Below the pieces are notes generated by a model. The model was not told the origin of the DNA. It searched no databases and worked only from the letters and a program-made list of their open reading frames with translations. 28,489 nt of DNA from an archaeon. Its GTDB lineage: Archaea > Iainarchaeota > Iainarchaeia > Iainarchaeales > CSSED10-239. Of the stretch, positions 7,962-16,375 are shown in pieces. The stretch is taken from the NCBI GenBank assembly GCA_035357435.1, contig DAOPNM010000003.1, positions 1-28,489 of the forward strand, in the 5' to 3' direction. How positions within the stretch are numbered: position 1 is the stretch's first letter; each line of letters begins with the position of its first letter. A program made the translations under genes and the position numbers.

Positions 7962-8759
7962 TTACCATTTCAAACTATTTGGATTTAATTTATTATATTC
8001 TATAATTTCTTTTTTGTGAGAACTATCTAAATATTTTAAACATTCATTATATAGTTCATTCAAAACAAGTTGAGGATCTTTTACATCAGTCATACGACTA
8101 TAGATAATATCATGTATAACTTTAAAAAAAAATCTAGGAGAAACTTTATCCTGGCGAGTTTTACGTGCTAAAATATCTATATCTAAGGGGATAACTCCTT
8201 CTTTTTCTTTAAAACCAGCAAACAAATCTATTGCACTGTATCCTTTATTATACAATTTAGCAATAATCTCACCAACCTCTCTAATATTTTGATGAGAATA
8301 TGATATTTTATTTGGATAAAACTTAGAACCTTTTATTGTGCCTCCAAACAATGGAGAAATCAACATCCATTCACCTTCTGGATGTTCCTTTGTTGGTATT
8401 TTTACAACATCCATTTTCGGGATTAATGGTTTTCCTGAACTTAATTTTATTTCTCTTAAATCAGATATGACTTTTTTATAATCTCCTGCTAATGCATCAT
8501 TAATTGGATTATTAAACCTTTTAATTGCTACTCTTTTTACACTATTATCTTTAAAAATAACTCTTCCTATGTATATTTGGCCTATACTTCCTTTCCCAAG
8601 CAAAATATTATTACCAATTTTATCTTTAGAAAAATTTATACGCTTTATATCTGATGAACTAAAAATTTGAGGTGAAGAAAACTTGCGTTTGGCATCAAAT
8701 CTATCATTCTTTTTAAAATACACAGCACGGTGTGCTTTACGTAAATTTAGTTGTGGCAT
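7962..8759 (-). CDS. Divergent protein-kinase-like fold protein (possible atypical kinase or pseudokinase)
   Basis: 265 aa. Gly-rich loop LGKGSIGQIYIG followed by VAIKRF (the VAIK lysine motif). There is no canonical HRD..N catalytic loop or DFG; the nearest equivalents are GYSAIDLFAGF and IPLDIDIL. Basic N-terminal extension of about 50 aa. Confidence 0.45.
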   Translation of the reverse strand: MPQLNLRKAHRAVYFKKNDRFDAKRKFSSPQIFSSSDIKRINFSKDKIGNNILLGKGSIGQIYIGRVIFKDNSVKRVAIKRFNNPINDALAGDYKKVISDLREIKLSSGKPLIPKMDVVKIPTKEHPEGEWMLISPLFGGTIKGSKFYPNKISYSHQNIREVGEIIAKLYNKGYSAIDLFAGFKEKEGVIPLDIDILARKTRQDKVSPRFFFKVIHDIIYSRMTDVKDPQLVLNELYNECLKYLDSSHKKEIIEYNKLNPNSLKW

Positions 8760-8834
8760 AAAATATCATTTATAATTATAAAAATATACTATATAAAACA
8801 CTTTTAAAAATTATTCTTTTAAAAAATGAGTTAT

Positions 8835-8864
8835 AACAATATTAAAAACAATATTAAAAACAAT
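8835..8864. repeat. 12-bp tandem repeat (CAATATTAAAAA, about 2.3 copies) just downstream of the truD stop
   Basis: 8837-8848 and 8849-8860 are identical, with partial copies flanking them. Confidence 0.7.
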
Positions 8865-8869
8865 TGCAG

Positions 8870-10123
8870 TTAACCAATAAATTCTTGTTTAATTAATTCT
8901 CTTAAAACAACAGTAGCATACTGACCTTTGTCTAATCTAAAAGAAACAACAGCTTTCTTTTTATGTTCATTCAGTTCATCAGCAGAAATTTCATGCAACA
9001 TTAAATCTTTTGCTTTTATACGCAATAGTCTCCAATCACCTTTTGAAGAAAGAACACCATAATCTTTATTATAAAAATCTTTAAAAGAAACTCCTTCTTT
9101 AGATAAAACCTCTTTCTCTAAATCTCCTGCAAGACCATCTGAAAAAACAGATTCAAAACCAAACAGTGGAAGATAAACTTCTCCATCTATAATTTTATCC
9201 CCAGAAATTGGTTGTAAACCATATCCTTTTTCAAACCTTAAATTAATTAACTCATTAAAAAGATAAGATTGATATGCATGAATAAAAAGATACTGAATAG
9301 ACTTTGGTAAAACCTTAAGTGCACCAAGATAATCGTCAGGATGATTTGCTAAATAATTTAAAATGGCTCTTTCATAACCAGTTTTTGTTGGAAAATGTGC
9401 AGCATGCTTCTTAAAATTTAAATCATTAGCCAACTCTTTTCTTGCATTTTTTATATCTTCCTTCTCAAGTTCATTAACATATGTTAAATATAAAAGAATA
9501 CCATCTTTATATTCTTTTTTTAAAAAATGTTTCCCTACAACATGTGTAATCTCTCTTACACCACCAAATCTTTGTTCTCCAAAATAATTAATCAAACCAT
9601 TTTTTTCTATTTCAGAAAATGCATGAAAAACAATTTGTTCTATTTGGCCTTCAGAAAAATCAATATTTCTAATTGTAACAACAAACTTATTTTCTAACAA
9701 ATCCCCAATTTCAATTCGCTTATCTGACCATTGAGGATTATATAATTTAATATCTCTAAAAAAACAAATAGAAATCCTTTCTAGAGAAGGATCGTATATT
9801 GAAATTCTTTGAGAAGTAATTGCACGTTTATCTTTTAGCCCAGCATAATTTATTCTTTGTTTACTTATTCTTAAAAATCTTGCAATTTTATTTATAGCAG
9901 TAGTTGTTGAAAGATTATATTTCTCCAAATCTAAAATCAAAAATTGGTTATCACCTTTCTTTTGAAAAACCCCATTCCAATCAATATCCTCTACTTTCTT
10001 ATTAGGCAAATACAAAACATCCGTTTCATAATTTATTCCTATTTCTGAAACTAAAAAATCTTCAGCATATTGCTTAATACGACCACCCAATCCTGGTGTT
10101 GTTGTAATATATTTAAAATTCAT
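8870..10123 (-). CDS. truD: tRNA pseudouridine synthase TruD/Pus7 family
   Basis: 417 aa. N-terminal DFLVSEI, catalytic-Asp motif AGLKDKRAITSQR, and NYFGEQRFG. Confidence 0.85.
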   Translation of the reverse strand: MNFKYITTTPGLGGRIKQYAEDFLVSEIGINYETDVLYLPNKKVEDIDWNGVFQKKGDNQFLILDLEKYNLSTTTAINKIARFLRISKQRINYAGLKDKRAITSQRISIYDPSLERISICFFRDIKLYNPQWSDKRIEIGDLLENKFVVTIRNIDFSEGQIEQIVFHAFSEIEKNGLINYFGEQRFGGVREITHVVGKHFLKKEYKDGILLYLTYVNELEKEDIKNARKELANDLNFKKHAAHFPTKTGYERAILNYLANHPDDYLGALKVLPKSIQYLFIHAYQSYLFNELINLRFEKGYGLQPISGDKIIDGEVYLPLFGFESVFSDGLAGDLEKEVLSKEGVSFKDFYNKDYGVLSSKGDWRLLRIKAKDLMLHEISADELNEHKKKAVVSFRLDKGQYATVVLRELIKQEFIG

Positions 10124-10225
10124 AAAATTTATCCATTAAAATAATATTATGTGCAATGCTCTTTAGGCCTGCCCAAGAAATATTGTTTTTAATAAAACAA
10201 ATTAATTTTTTTTGCCCCATAAAAA

Positions 10226-11458
10226 CTATCTATATCTCAAAAGAGCACCTAATCCACCAAATGTTTCAAAAAATGTTTTTCCTTCTTGTGTTTCTGTAGA
10301 TACTAAAACAACTTGTGTACCCATATTTCCTGCAACTTCTGTAAGATATTCATAAACATCTAATTCTTCTATAAACTCTGCATCAACATCACAATCAGGA
10401 CATTTTTTTTCAAATGATGTTTCCTTCATTAAAGAAGCATCTTTTACAATATCAAATATGTTTTTTTTACAAGATGGGCATTGGTATTTTATGACTAACC
10501 AATCTAAATCTTCTGATACAAGAATTGTTTCTGCTTTCCCTAACTTTAATGCAGTCATTACTTCTGTATAACCATATGTTGCCAATTGATCTTTTGCAAC
10601 TTGTGTTATAAACTTATTTATTAAATTTCTTTCTTTAACAAATCCTACTTCCTTTAACAACTCAGAAGATCTATTAATGATTTCTTTAATTCCTGTTTCA
10701 TCAGTATACCCTGTATCTACCTTACCAATAATCATATCTTTTATTCTATGATCTAAATCAGCATGTTCTAAAAAAAATTCTTTAGAATTCCCTGGTCCAC
10801 CAACAATAATTCCTTTTAATTTGGGCATATTTACAAAAATACTATTTACTTTATCTCCAACTCTTTTAAAAAAATCTTCTGCAGCTTTCTCTCTTAATCT
10901 TTCAAATCTTGCAGCTGACTGCCCACCTGCACGAAATTTCCCAGGAACACCAGATGTTTCATGACCTAAAATTTCTTGGGATTTGCCTCGTAAAACTCCA
11001 ATTGTTGCTTCTCTTTTATCAATTACAATTAATCCAAAAACATCCTCAGTAGTTATCATCTCATCTAATGGTGCTGTATGAAAAGCTGAATCACACCAAT
11101 ATAATTTTGTTGTTAATCTTTTAGGTGGCACCACTTCCATCAAAATAATATTTGACTTTGAAGGAACAGGAGAAACTTCTCCTGAAAAAAGAACAAGACC
11201 AGTTTCTGGTAATTTAAAATCAATTTGTTTTAAATAATTCATTATTCTTCTTAAAGCACCTTGTACATTTTTACGTGTTTGCTGACTTTTTATATTTGCA
11301 GATTGACTAATTTCATCAGTTAACTGTTTCATTACAGAACTTCTATCTGCATCAGGAGGAAGATATAAACTAATTAATTGAGTACCTTGGCCTTTATACT
11401 GTTTAATAATTTTTAACTTTTTTTTTAATAACAAAACTTGATTTTCATCTACATCCAT
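10226..11458 (-). CDS. prf1: Peptide chain release factor aRF1
   Basis: 410 aa. NIKS motif (SANIKSQQ) and GGQ motif (FRAGGQSAARF). AAGGTGT SD-like element 5 nt upstream of the ATG. C-domain carries CPSC(x22)CPDC. Confidence 0.9.
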   Translation of the reverse strand: MDVDENQVLLLKKKLKIIKQYKGQGTQLISLYLPPDADRSSVMKQLTDEISQSANIKSQQTRKNVQGALRRIMNYLKQIDFKLPETGLVLFSGEVSPVPSKSNIILMEVVPPKRLTTKLYWCDSAFHTAPLDEMITTEDVFGLIVIDKREATIGVLRGKSQEILGHETSGVPGKFRAGGQSAARFERLREKAAEDFFKRVGDKVNSIFVNMPKLKGIIVGGPGNSKEFFLEHADLDHRIKDMIIGKVDTGYTDETGIKEIINRSSELLKEVGFVKERNLINKFITQVAKDQLATYGYTEVMTALKLGKAETILVSEDLDWLVIKYQCPSCKKNIFDIVKDASLMKETSFEKKCPDCDVDAEFIEELDVYEYLTEVAGNMGTQVVLVSTETQEGKTFFETFGGLGALLRYR

Positions 11459-11496
11459 AATTACACCTTATAAAAAAGAAAAAAAGAAAAAAAGAA

Positions 11497-12033
11497 CTAT
11501 ACTGTTTGGATATAAAACAAACTCTTTACTTTATTTTGTGGATAGTTATAAACTACAATAACTGAAGGAAATTCAAGAATATAATCACCATTCTTTGCTA
11601 CAGAATAACCAAATTGCTCAGAAATAGATTCATTGAAAACAAATGGATATTGCTGTTTTAATTGATCTATATTTTCATTAGAAACATATGAGATATTAGG
11701 CATTCCTGTCATATATTCTATATACCCATCCAAAATAGGGTCTGTATTTGCTTTTAATGCTGCAACTAACGCAATCTTTTTATCTTCAGGGCTATTATTT
11801 CCAATTGGTGTCAATGAAGAACTTATTGTGGCAATCATTAAAACTGCAATAAGCACAATTAATGCAATAATTCCTACTGTAGAGACACTTGTGTTTTTTT
11901 TTGTACTAACTGATTTACTTGGTTCTTGTTTTTTAGATTCAACAACAATTTGTTTTTTTTGCACAGGTGATTTTTTCTTTAGTTGTTGCTTCCCTTTTTT
12001 CTTAACATTTTTTTTAACAACCATATTTTTCAC
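11497..12033 (-). CDS. Hypothetical type-II membrane protein: Lys-rich N-tail, one TM, about 110-aa external domain
   Basis: 178 aa. TM segment VGIIALIVLIAVLMIATISS. AGGAGTG SD 7 nt upstream of the ATG at 12033. Lies 12 nt after the PRTase stop. Confidence 0.55.
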   Translation of the reverse strand: MKNMVVKKNVKKKGKQQLKKKSPVQKKQIVVESKKQEPSKSVSTKKNTSVSTVGIIALIVLIAVLMIATISSSLTPIGNNSPEDKKIALVAALKANTDPILDGYIEYMTGMPNISYVSNENIDQLKQQYPFVFNESISEQFGYSVAKNGDYILEFPSVIVVYNYPQNKVKSLFYIQTV

Positions 12034-12045
12034 TCCTTTTTTAAT

Positions 12046-12525
12046 TTAATCAGAATCCCTAAGATCAGATAATAGGGCTTTTTCTTGATAAGGAAAAATT
12101 ATATTTATATCATGTTTAATTTGATTAATATAAAAATCTGGTTTAAAACTATCTTTTGATTTATAAAAGACACAACCTAAATCAATATATTTTATTTTTT
12201 TATTATTCTTCATAATTACTTTTTTAATATCATTCCCTGTTGCTTCAAAAATATCATCAATCAAAAGAATGTTCCCTTGAAGCTCTCCATACATATCATA
12301 AAGAAACGAAATATTTTTATCAATTATATAATTCTTTTTATCTGTCATGTATTTTGCAGAAATTATTCCTAATGGAACACCCAATACACCAGATAATATT
12401 CTACCAAGCAAAAGGCCACCACGATTAACTGTTATTATTGCAAAATATTTTTTATTGGAAGCCATTATCTGTTTAGCTAATTCCATAGATAAACTTTCAA
12501 ATTCATTCCAAGATACAAGATACAT
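12046..12525 (-). CDS. Type I phosphoribosyltransferase (purine/Hpt-like, small archaeal form)
   Basis: 159 aa. PRPP-binding loop ILLIDDIFEATGNDI (variant of V-D-D-x-x-D-T-G-x-T). Length and N-terminal helix resemble small archaeal hypoxanthine/guanine PRTases. Confidence 0.65.
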   Translation of the reverse strand: MYLVSWNEFESLSMELAKQIMASNKKYFAIITVNRGGLLLGRILSGVLGVPLGIISAKYMTDKKNYIIDKNISFLYDMYGELQGNILLIDDIFEATGNDIKKVIMKNNKKIKYIDLGCVFYKSKDSFKPDFYINQIKHDINIIFPYQEKALLSDLRDSD

Positions 12526-12724
12526 ATTATATTTTAATAATATAAATATATAAAAAGGTATAGTATAAACTATATATATATAAATAAAAATAAAAAATGC
12601 AAAAAAAATATGCAGAAATCAAAAAAAGAAGATATCATGGATAATTTTCAAGAAATTGATAAAAAATATTCAATAAAAATATCTTCACTCATAAATCAAC
12701 TAAAAAACACAAAATCAGAAAAAG

Positions 12725-12778
12725 AAAAAAAAAAAAAATAAAAAAAAAAAATAAAAAAAAAAAAAAAAAAAAAAAAAA
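12725..12778 (+). repeat. Compound homopolymer A14-T-A12-T-A26 (52 of 54 nt are A on the + strand)
   Basis: Counted directly: A 12725-12738, T 12739, A 12740-12751, T 12752, A 12753-12778. Lies in the 301-bp gap between divergent genes (12525 minus / 12827 plus). Confidence 0.95.
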
Positions 12779-12826
12779 TATTAAAACAAATAAAAGATAT
12801 AAAAAATAAATATATATTAAAATTAG

Positions 12827-13228
12827 ATGGAAAACATGAAACCAAAAAAATATATAAAAAAAATAGGGAAAGAAAGGGAAATAAAAAGTTATAGAGAAAC
12901 AAAGAAACCAGATACAAACAAAACATTTGGGAAAATAAATACAATATTAGAAAAATGCAAAGAACCAAAAATTCAAAGATTTATTGAAAAAGAAATAGAA
13001 GAAAGAATTATTAAAAAATATGGAGACCTATCAAACTATATTGTATTAGACACAAAAGAAAAAAAATTAGCAGCAATAAATTTGTTTATTTATAAATACG
13101 GAGAACAATATATCCAAGAACATAATATAAAAAAAATAAAAAAAAGCGACATTAAGGAAATTATTGAATATGCATTCCAAGAATTTGAAGAATATATAAA
13201 TACTGCAAAAAAAAATTATAAACAATAA
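12827..13228 (+). CDS. Hypothetical Lys/Glu-rich cytoplasmic protein
   Basis: 133-aa ORF with no recognisable motif. A second in-frame ATG at 12836 is better spaced from the AATAAATATATA TATA-like element (about 12806-12817). Converges on herA with a 2-nt gap. Confidence 0.45.
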   Translation: MENMKPKKYIKKIGKEREIKSYRETKKPDTNKTFGKINTILEKCKEPKIQRFIEKEIEERIIKKYGDLSNYIVLDTKEKKLAAINLFIYKYGEQYIQEHNIKKIKKSDIKEIIEYAFQEFEEYINTAKKNYKQ

Positions 13229-13230
13229 AA

Positions 13231-14772
13231 TTACATAAAACTTTCTATATCTTTATTTTTTTTATCCTCTTTTTCTTCAAAAGATCTAGCAAGACCTGAC
13301 AAAGAAACTTCTAAATGTGAATCTTGAGATTTCTTTTGTCTAACTTTAAAGAAAACAGGATAAGAACTAGCTTCACCAACAACTAAAGCTTCACCAACAG
13401 GCAAAGAATTAATCATATCTAATGATTTTTGATCTAACCCTTCACTTGATTGACCAATGTGTTTTAAATCATTTGGATTTGTAATTCTTAAAATTATATG
13501 GGTATTTGCTTGAGAAAGAATTGTTGCAGATAATCTTACAGGTCTTTGTGAAATTAAACAAAGAGATGCACCAAACTTTCTACCTTCTCTTGCAATAGTT
13601 TCTAAAATGGGTTTTGCAAAGGCTTTTTCTTGTTTTGCAGTTTCTGGTGCAAATTGATGTGCTTCTTCTACAATAAATAAAAATGGAGGCACACCAGAAC
13701 CATGCATTCTTCCATAAAACAAACTATGTGCAAAATAGTGGACAATAATTTGCTTTTTTTTTAAATTTATTTCTTTAGAAAAATCAATAATTGTTAATAT
13801 ACCTGGTTGAACAACATCAAAAATAGATGGTTGGTCAATTTTCCCAAATAATTTATAATTTTCCAACTCATAAATAGAATCAATTAATGGACGAGAGATA
13901 TTTTCTTTAATATCTGAATTTTTTATTTCTGTAATAATATCCTCTAAACCATATGGCCCTGCACCATGATATGTATCATCTTTTAATTTTTTAATAACTT
14001 TAGACAATTCTCTTTTTTGGACATTTGAAAGATTTGGCAAAATTGAAAAAAAGAAACCATCAGTTAACCCTGTACATCCTATTTTAATATCTGCACAATT
14101 AATTTTTCTTGTTTTTGAAGAATAATCAACATGCTCTTTATCTTTATTTCCTAGTGGTTCTGAAAAATGGGAATACTCTCCATGAACATCAATAAGAACT
14201 GCTGCAATTCTGCCTTGCTCTTTTGGTCTATCCAATAATTCTTCTAAAATAACAGAAGTTAAATAACTTTTTCCAGCACCAGATTGTGCAAGAATTGCAA
14301 GATGCTTTTGAAGAAGTCTATCTAAATCAAATTTAACATCTAATTTAGGAAATTCTAACATCCCTAAATTGAGTCCATTTTCTTTAAAATGTAAAAACTT
14401 AGAAAGAACATCAGGTTCTGCAACATAAACTCTATCTCCTGGAGAAACAGGAAGTGTTACTTTTGAAAACATATTATTCTGAGAAAATACACCTAATGGC
14501 TTCACCACTGCTTGTAAAAATTCCCATTCATTTATTGGAAATTGATCAAAAATATTTACAGAGTTATTTTCAAATTCTTTAATAGAATCTTGGTTTTCAA
14601 AATATCTATTAATTTTTATAATGTCTGTAACTAATCCAATCAATGTTCCTTCAATATACTTAATTTGAACATATTGCCCTTTATGAACAGGTTTATCAAT
14701 ACACACAAAACAAATCTTTGTAGTTGAAGGGCTATCTGGTGTAGATATAACAATCCCCAATTCTTGTTGCAT
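13231..14772 (-). CDS. herA: HerA-type hexameric DNA translocase/helicase (FtsK-HerA superfamily)
   Basis: 513 aa. N-terminal barrel region, Walker A LAQSGAGKSYLTS, Walker B FLFIVEEAHQFAP, and an arginine-finger region. AGGTGA SD 9 nt upstream. Confidence 0.8.
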   Translation of the reverse strand: MQQELGIVISTPDSPSTTKICFVCIDKPVHKGQYVQIKYIEGTLIGLVTDIIKINRYFENQDSIKEFENNSVNIFDQFPINEWEFLQAVVKPLGVFSQNNMFSKVTLPVSPGDRVYVAEPDVLSKFLHFKENGLNLGMLEFPKLDVKFDLDRLLQKHLAILAQSGAGKSYLTSVILEELLDRPKEQGRIAAVLIDVHGEYSHFSEPLGNKDKEHVDYSSKTRKINCADIKIGCTGLTDGFFFSILPNLSNVQKRELSKVIKKLKDDTYHGAGPYGLEDIITEIKNSDIKENISRPLIDSIYELENYKLFGKIDQPSIFDVVQPGILTIIDFSKEINLKKKQIIVHYFAHSLFYGRMHGSGVPPFLFIVEEAHQFAPETAKQEKAFAKPILETIAREGRKFGASLCLISQRPVRLSATILSQANTHIILRITNPNDLKHIGQSSEGLDQKSLDMINSLPVGEALVVGEASSYPVFFKVRQKKSQDSHLEVSLSGLARSFEEKEDKKNKDIESFM

Positions 14773-14780
14773 AAATTATT

Positions 14781-14786
14781 TCACCT
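14781..14786 (-). promoter_or_regulatory. Shine-Dalgarno (AGGTGA) for herA that contains the TGA stop codon of the upstream PAC2-like gene
   Basis: Reverse strand reads CAT TAT ATA AGG TGA AATAATTT ATG, that is ...H Y I R stop, 8 nt, then Met of HerA. Confidence 0.6.
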
Positions 14787-15575
14787 TATATAATGGGAAG
14801 GTGCTGCTTCCTTTTCATCCATTTCCTTTAACTTATCTACGATTTGGGTAAACGAATCTTCTATTTTTTTTGCATTTTTTTCTATTTTTCCTAAATCTAT
14901 TTTTAAATTTAAAAGTTTTAATGCAACATCTAACACTTCTTTTGCAGAACTATGATCACCTAATTGTAATCTACTATCTGTTTCACCCATTAAACAAGCC
15001 CCTTGAATATTATACAAATAATATGCAACACCAGGAAGCAAACCTGCAACACCGGAAATCAAACTGTCATCATCTTTTTCATAAAACGAAATGTTTTTTA
15101 TACCTGTTGCTTGTAATTCTTTTTTTGTAACTTCATCAGTACACACCACAATAGTTTTTGGTTTTGTGTTAATTCTTTTTTCACCAATGTTTAATCCTGC
15201 AAAGGTATATATCTTCTTTACATTTAGTTTTTTACAAAAATCAGAAATGGATTTTGCAAATTCATAATGAAGATTACTATTAATTGCATTAATTATAGGT
15301 GGTTGAACTGGGCCAACTAAAAAAAGAATGTCCTGATTTTTTGTAGAATATAAATAAATTTCATCACAAATTAATTCAATAATAGATTTTGTTGTATGTA
15401 CTGCTGGTGGGAATGAATCAGAAACTACCTTTGCATAAAGTGTAGGAGATGGTTTTAATTCCTGAACCAAATAATCAACTGTAATTTTTCCAACCAAGCC
15501 AATACCTGGAAGACCAACCAACAATATTGGATTTTTTAATTTTTTTTTATCTAATATTTCTATTTTTGTAACCAT
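14781..15575 (-). CDS. PAC2-family (PbaA/PbaB-like, COG1938) proteasome assembly chaperone homologue
   Basis: 264 aa. N-terminal NPILLVGLPGIGLVGKITVDYLV signature as I recall it for archaeal PAC2 proteins. C-terminal charged helix ends in ...PSHYIR. Confidence 0.6.
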   Translation of the reverse strand: MVTKIEILDKKKLKNPILLVGLPGIGLVGKITVDYLVQELKPSPTLYAKVVSDSFPPAVHTTKSIIELICDEIYLYSTKNQDILFLVGPVQPPIINAINSNLHYEFAKSISDFCKKLNVKKIYTFAGLNIGEKRINTKPKTIVVCTDEVTKKELQATGIKNISFYEKDDDSLISGVAGLLPGVAYYLYNIQGACLMGETDSRLQLGDHSSAKEVLDVALKLLNLKIDLGKIEKNAKKIEDSFTQIVDKLKEMDEKEAAPSHYIR

Positions 15576-15597
15576 ATGTCATTCATCTCATTATAAC

Positions 15598-16356
15598 TTA
15601 AGACTCTTGTTTTTGAACTTCAAAAGTTGAACCTTTCAATATTTTTTCTAATTGAGAAATAACTTTATCTTTTATTTGAGTTGCAATTTTATAATCTTGG
15701 GCGGCAACTATTAAATTATACTTCCCTGCAGAAACATAAATAACATCAACATTTTCAAAATCTTTTTTTATCTTTAATAAAGCTTTTTTAATAACTTCAA
15801 CACCATTTGGCTCATCATTTGTAATTTTTAAAATTGTAGAAATTCTTTTTTCTTTAATTTTTATATTTTTTGAAAGAACAGCTAAAATTGCTTTCTCATA
15901 CTTTTTGTCAATCCCTGGATATTCTTTTAAACCATATTTTAAAATATTTATAAATCCTTTATATAAATTTGGTTCTTTTTCAAAAATAGGATCTGCAATC
16001 TTTTCCCAAGCATCATTTTCACTTATATTTAATTCTTTTGCGATAACTTTCATAAGACTTTCTGCTCTTAAAAACAAACGATATTCTGAAATTTTTCTTT
16101 TTTCTTCTGCTTCTGAAACTTTGCTAAAAGACAAATCAATATGCTGTTTTGATTCATCTACTTTTAAAACTTTTGCAGCCCTTATAGAATTCAATTTAAC
16201 ATAGTTGTGTATATTTTTAACCCATGTAGGTGCAACCTGTGAGGTATGCACATATCCTTCTAGGCCCTCATATTCTAACAAAGAAACAAATGCACCATAA
16301 TCAGTTATTTTTGTAACTTTACAAATTACAACATCATTTACTTTTGGATATTCCAT
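15598..16356 (-). CDS. eif2a: Translation initiation factor aIF2 alpha subunit
   Basis: 252 aa. N-terminal S1/OB domain (PKVNDVVICKVTKITDYGAFVSLLEYEGLEGYVHTSQV), then helical and alpha-beta domains of typical length. Confidence 0.85.
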   Translation of the reverse strand: MEYPKVNDVVICKVTKITDYGAFVSLLEYEGLEGYVHTSQVAPTWVKNIHNYVKLNSIRAAKVLKVDESKQHIDLSFSKVSEAEEKRKISEYRLFLRAESLMKVIAKELNISENDAWEKIADPIFEKEPNLYKGFINILKYGLKEYPGIDKKYEKAILAVLSKNIKIKEKRISTILKITNDEPNGVEVIKKALLKIKKDFENVDVIYVSAGKYNLIVAAQDYKIATQIKDKVISQLEKILKGSTFEVQKQES

Positions 16357-16375
16357 TATTTATCAACATTTCAAT

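Noticed and set aside
12610-12741. 43-codon + strand ORF (MQKSKKEDIMDNFQEIDKKY...KEKKKK) ending in the first A-run
   Set aside because: It has no SD and no clear promoter spacing, it is very short, and its C-terminus is simply the homopolymer. It is kept only as a note under the poly-A finding.
12696-12968. 90-aa minus-strand ORF spanning the poly-A tract
   Set aside because: Its sequence is mostly poly-Phe translated from the T-runs, and it overlaps the start of the + strand 133-aa ORF. It looks like an artefact of the homopolymer.
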